Source: Eledone cirrhosa | Lineage: Eukaryota | Assembly: GCA_964016885.1 (NCBI GenBank) | Contig: OZ024743.1 | Coordinates: forward strand, 333,188,001 to 333,252,000 | Direction: 5' to 3' | DNA length: 64,000 bases | In this document: piece by piece, positions 58,751 through 64,000 of the stretch | How the letters are laid out: the number at the start of each line of letters is the position of its first letter | Position numbering within the stretch: position 1 is the stretch's first letter | Notes under the pieces: model-generated | What the model was told of the DNA's origin: nothing | The model's database searches: none | Seen by the model: the letters and a program-made list of their open reading frames with translations, nothing else | Position numbers and translations under genes: made by a program

Positions 58751-61700
58751 CACTGCATCCTTTAAAACCTCCATGGAACAAATTACCTGCATCAGTTGTT
58801 AGCTGTCGAGACACTGCATCCTTTAAAACCTCCATGGAACAAACTACCTGCATCAGTTGTTAGCTGTCAAGACACTGCATCCTTTAAAACCTCCATGGAA
58901 CAAACTACCTGAATCAGTTGTTAGCTGTCGAGACACTGCATCCTTTAAAACCTCCATGGAACAAACTACCTGCATCAGTTGTTAGCTGTCGAGACACTGC
59001 ATCCTTTAAAACCTCCATGGAACAAACTACCTACATCAGTAGTTAGCTGTCGAGACACTGCATCCTTTAAAACCTCCATGGAACAAACTGCCTGTATCAG
59101 TTGTTAGCTGTCGAGACACTGCATCCTTTAAAACCTCCATGGAACAAACTAACTGCATCAGTTGTTAGCTGTCGAGACACTGTATCCTTTAAAACCTCCA
59201 TGGAACAAACTACCTGCATCAGTTGTTAGCTGTCATGACACTGCATCCTTTAAAACCTCCATGGAACAAACTACCTGCATCAGTTGTTAGCTGTCAAGAC
59301 ACTGCATCCTTTAAAACCTCCATGGAACAAACTACCTGCATCAGTTGTTAGTTGTCCGGACACTGCATCCTTTAAAACCTCCATGGAACAAACTACCTGC
59401 ATCAGTTGTTAGCTGTCGAGACACTGCATCTTTTAAAACCTCCATGGAACAAACTACCTGCATCAGCTGTTAGCTATCGAGACACTGCATCCTTTAAAAC
59501 CTCCATAGAACATACTACCTGCAACAGTTGTTAGCTGTCAGGACACTACATCCTTTAAAACCTCCATGGAACAAACTACCTGCATCAGTTGTTAGCTGTC
59601 AGGACACTGCATCCTTTAAAACCTCCATGGAACAAACTACCTGCATCAGTTGTTAGCTGTCGAGACACTGCTTCCTTTAAAACCTCCATAGAACAAACTA
59701 CCTGCATCAGTTGTTAGCTGTCGAGACACTGCATCCTTTAAAACCTCCATGGAACAAACTACCTGCATCAGTTGTTAGCTGTCGAGACACTGCATCCTTT
59801 AAAACCTCCATGGATCAAACTACCTGCAACAGTTGCTAGCTGTCGAGACACTGCATCCTTTAAAACCTCCATGGAACAAACTACCTGCATCAGTTGCTAG
59901 CTGTCGAGACACTGCATCCTTTAAAACCTCCATGGAACAAACTACCTACATCAGTTGGTAGCTGTCGAGACACTGCATCCTTTAAAACCTCCATGGAACA
60001 AACTACCTACATCAGTTGTTAGCTGTCGAGACACTGCTTCCTTTAAAACCTCCATGGAACAAACTACCTGCATCAGTTGTTAGCTGTCGAGACACTGCAT
60101 CCTTTAAAACCTCCATGGAACAAATTACCTGCATCAGTTGTTAGCTGTCGAGACACTGTATCCTTTAAAACCTCCATGGAACAAACTACCTGCATCAGTT
60201 GTTAGCTGTCATGACACTGCATCCTTTAAAACCTCCATGGAACAAACTACCTGCATCAGTTGTTAGCTGTCAAGACACTGCATCCTTTAAAACCTCCATG
60301 GAACAAACTACCTGCATCAGTTGTTAGTTGTCCGGACACTGCATCCTTTAAAACCTCCATGGAACAAACTACCTGCATCAGCTGTTAGCTGTCGAGACAC
60401 TGCATCTTTTAAAACCTCCATGGAACAAACTACCTGCATCAGCTGTTAGCTATCGAGACACTGCATCCTTTAAAACCTCCATAGAACATACTACCTGCAT
60501 CAGTTGTTAGCTGTCAGGACACTGCATCCTTTAAAACCTCCATGGAACAAACTACCTGCATCAGTTGTTAGCTGTCAGGACACTGCATCCTTTAAAACCT
60601 CCATGGAACAAACTACCTGCATCAGTTGTTAGCTGTCGAGACACTGCATCCTTTAAAACCTCCATGGAACAAACTACCTGCATCAGTTGTTAGCTGTCGA
60701 GACACTGCATCCTTTAAAACCTCCATGGAACAAACTACCTGCATCAGTTGTTAGCTGTCGAAACACTGCATCCTTTAAAACCTCCATGGAACAAACTACC
60801 TGAATCAGTTGTTAGCTGTCGAGACACTGCATCCTTTAAAACCTCCATGGAACAAACTACCTGCATCAGTTGTTAGCTGTCGAGACACTGCATCCTTTAA
60901 AACCTCCATGGAACAAACTACCTACATCAGTAGTTAGCTGTCGAGACTGTCAAGACACTGCATCCTTTAAAACCTCCATGGAACAAACTACCTGCATCAG
61001 TTGTTAGTTGTCCGGACACTGCATCCTTTAAAACCTCCATGGAACAAACTACCTGCATCAGCTGTTAGCTATCGAGACACTGCATCCTTTAAAACCTCCA
61101 TAGAACATACTACCTGCATCAGTTGTTAGCTGTCAGGACACTGCATCCTTTAAAACCTCCATGGAACAAACTACCTGCATCAGTTGTTAGCTGTCAGGAC
61201 ACTGCATCCTTTAAAACCTCCATGGAACAAACTACCTGCATCAGTTGTTAGCTGTCGAGACACTGCATCCTTTAAAACCTCCATGGAACAAACTACCTGC
61301 ATCAGTCGTTAGCTGTCGAGACACTGCATCCTTTAAAACCTCCATGGAACAAACTACCTGCATCAGTTGTTAGCTGTCGAAACACTGCATCCTTTAAAAC
61401 CTCCATGGAACAAACTACCTGAATCAGTTGTTAGCTGTCGAGACACTGCATCCTTTAAAACCTCCATGGAACAAACTACCTGCATCAGTTGTTAGCTGTC
61501 GAGACACTGCATCCTTTAAAACCTCCATGGAACAAACTACCTACATCAGTAGTTAGCTGTCGAGACACTGCATCCTTTAAAACCTCCATGGAACAAACTG
61601 CCTGTATCAGTTGTTAGCTGTCGAGACACTGCATCCTTTAAAACCTCCATGGAACAAACTACCTGCATCAGTTGTTAGCTGTCGAGACACTGTATCCTTT

Positions 61701-64000
61701 AAAACCTCCATGGAACAAACTACCTGCATCAGTTGTTAGCTGTCATGACACTGCATCCTTTAAAACCTCCATGGAACAAACTACCTGCATCAGTTGTTAG
61801 CTGTCAAGACACTGCATCCTTTAAAACCTCCATGGAACAAACTACCTGCATCAGTTGTTAGTTGTCTGGACACTGCATCCTTTAAAACCTCCATGGAACA
61901 AACTACCTGCATCAGTTGTTAGCTGTCGAGACACTGCATCTTTTAAAACCTCCATGGAACAAACTACCTGCATCAGCTGTTAGCTATCGAGACACTGCAT
62001 CCTTTAAAACCTCCATAGAACATACTACCTGCATCAGTTGTTAGCTGTCGAGACACTGCATCCTTTAAAACCTCCATGGAACAAACTACCTGCATCAGTT
62101 GTTAGCTGTCGAGACACTGCATCCTTTAAAACCTCCATGGAACAAACTACCTACATCAGTAGTTAGCTGTCGAGACACTGCATCCTTTAAAACCTCCATG
62201 GAACAAACTGCCTGTATCAGTTGTTAGCTGTCGAGACACTGCATCCTTTAAAACCTCCATGGAACAATCTACCTACATCAGTTGTTAGCTGTCGAGACAC
62301 TGCATCCTTTAAAACCTCCATGGAACAAACTACCTGCATCAGTTGTTAGCTGTCGAGACACTGCATCCTTTAAAACCTCCATGGAACAAACTACCTGCAT
62401 CAGTTGTTAGCTGTCGAGACACTGCATCCTTTAAAACCTCCATGGAACAAACTACCTGCATCAGTTGTTAGCTGTCGAGACACTGCATCCTTTAAAACCT
62501 CCATGGATCAAACTACCTGCAACAGTTGCTAGCTATCGAGACACTGCACCCTTTAAAACCTCCATGGAACAAACTACCTACATCAGTTGTTAGCTGTCGA
62601 GACACTGCATCCTTTAAAACCTCCATGGAACAAACTACCTACATCAGTTGTTAGCTGTCGAGACACTGCATCCTTTAAAACCTCCATGGAACAAACTACC
62701 TACATCAGTTGTTAGCTGTCGAGACACTGCTTCCTTTAAAACCTCCATAGAACAAACTACCTGCATCAGTTGTTAGCTGTCGAGACACTGCATCCTTTAA
62801 AACCTCCATGGAACAAACTACCTGAATCAGTTGTTAGCTGTCGAGACACTGCATCCTTTAAAACCTCCATGGAACAAACTACCTGCATCAGTTGTTAGCT
62901 GTCGAGACACTGCATCCTTTAAAACCTCCATGGAACAAACTACCTACATCAGTTGTTAGCTGTCGAGACACTGCTTCCTTTAAAACCTCCATGGAACAAA
63001 CTACCTGCATCAGTTGTTAGCTGTCGAGACATAGCATCCTTTAAAACCTCCATGGAACAACCTACCTGAATCAGTTGTTAGCTGTCGAGACACTGCATCC
63101 TTTAAAACCTCCATGGAACAAACTACCTGCATCAGTTGTTAGCTGTCGAGACACTGCATCCTTTAAAACCTCCATGGAACAAACTACCTGCATCAGTTGT
63201 TAGCTGTCGAGACACTGCATCCTTTAAAACCTCCATGGAACAAACTACCTACATCAGTAGTTAGCTGTCGAGACACTGCATCCTTTAAAACCTCCATGGA
63301 ACAAACTACCTGTATCAGTTGTTAGCTGTCGAGACACTGCATCCTTTAAAACCTCCATGGAACAAACTACCTACATCAGTTGTTAGCTGTCGAGACACTG
63401 CATCCTTTAAAACCTCCATGGAACAAACTACCTGCATCAGTTGTTAGCTGTCGAGACACTGCATCCTTTAAAACCTCCATGGAACAAACTACCTGCATCA
63501 GTTGTTAGCTGTCGAGACACTGCATCCTTTAAAACCTCCATGGAACAAACTACCTGCATCAGTTGTTAGCTGTCGAGACACTGCATCCTTTAAAACCTCC
63601 ATGGATCAAACTACCTACATCAGTAGTTAGCTGTCGAGACACTGCATCCTTTAAAACCTCCATGGAACAAACTGCCTGTATCAGTTGCTAGCTATCGAGA
63701 CACTGCACCCTTTAAAACCTCCATGGAACAAACTACCTACATCAGTTGTTAGCTGTCGAGACACTGCATCCTTTAAAACCTCCATGGAACAAACTACCTA
63801 CATCAGTTGTTAGCTGTCGAGACACTGCATCCTTTAAAACCTCCATGGAACAAACTACCTACATCAGTTGTTAGCTGTCGAGACACTGCTTCCTTTAAAA
63901 CCTCCATAGAACAAACTACCTGCATCAGTTGTTAGCTGTCGAGACACTGCATCCTTTAAAACCTCCATGGAACAAACTACCTGAATCAGTTGTTAGCTGT

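Larger units (their letters stand above)
1..64000. repeat. Tandem satellite DNA array, 61-bp monomer, about 1049 copies, single orientation, extending beyond both window edges
   Basis: The consensus TTAGCTGTCGAGACACTGCATCCTTTAAAACCTCCATGGAACAAACTACCTGCATCAGTTG recurs every 61 bp, shifting one base per 60-nt line. Most monomers differ from consensus by 0-3 substitutions. No unique sequence and no strand switch were seen. Confidence 0.99.
33251..64000. repeat. Right sub-domain of the 61-bp array (variant set B interleaved with set A blocks)
   Basis: An ordered cassette recurs from about 33.3 kb onward: TTGGTAG > CTGCTT > CAAATT > CTGTAT > TCATGA > TCAAGA > TTGTCCGGA > ATCTTTT > CAGCTG/TATCG > CATAGAACATA > TCAGGACACTAC > TCAGG. 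Confidence 0.8.

Noticed and set aside
1-64000. CRISPR array (period of about 61 bp resembles repeat plus spacer)
   Set aside because: There are no unique spacers, since the entire unit is conserved, and no cas genes or leader are present.
1-64000. Rolling-circle or concatemer sequencing artefact, or synthetic array
   Set aside because: Variants recur in ordered, nested multi-kb patterns with shared rare alleles. Random errors on one circular template would not produce this.
1-64000. Tandem tRNA, 5S or snRNA genes, or telomeric repeat
   Set aside because: The unit is too short for these RNAs and shows no cloverleaf, A/B boxes or 5S similarity. TTAG occurs once per unit and is not a TTAGG(G) run.
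1-64000. A single fixed-period higher-order repeat, or a CENP-B box
   Set aside because: Marker spacings vary from 9 to 146 monomers, so no one period holds across the window. No TTCG....A..CGGG motif is present in the monomer.

Overview
The whole 64-kb window is one uninterrupted, head-to-tail tandem satellite array of a 61-bp monomer. The consensus is TTAGCTGTCGAGACACTGCATCCTTTAAAACCTCCATGGAACAAACTACCTGCATCAGTTG (27/61 G+C, one CpG). Tracking the phase by eye gives 1049 full monomers plus a partial one. The 15 indels I found sum to +3 bp, which matches the phase at the window end. I see no genes, RNA genes, mobile elements or CRISPR spacers. All listed ORFs are artefacts of indels or point changes that bypass the monomer's stop codons. 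The information lies in the order of variant monomers: (1) nested, irregular higher-order duplications at about 9, 20, 25, 37-39, 46-48, 55, 80-81, 103, 138 and 146 monomer spacing; (2) a change in variant inventory at about 33.3 kb that splits the array into two sub-domains; (3) many recurrent variants that perfect local quasi-palindromes; (4) variation concentrated at the single CpG; (5) one out-of-register junction at about 60.95 kb. The array is most likely eukaryotic satellite DNA, possibly (peri)centromeric or heterochromatic. I cannot name the organism or the satellite family. All coordinates and spacings were counted by hand.
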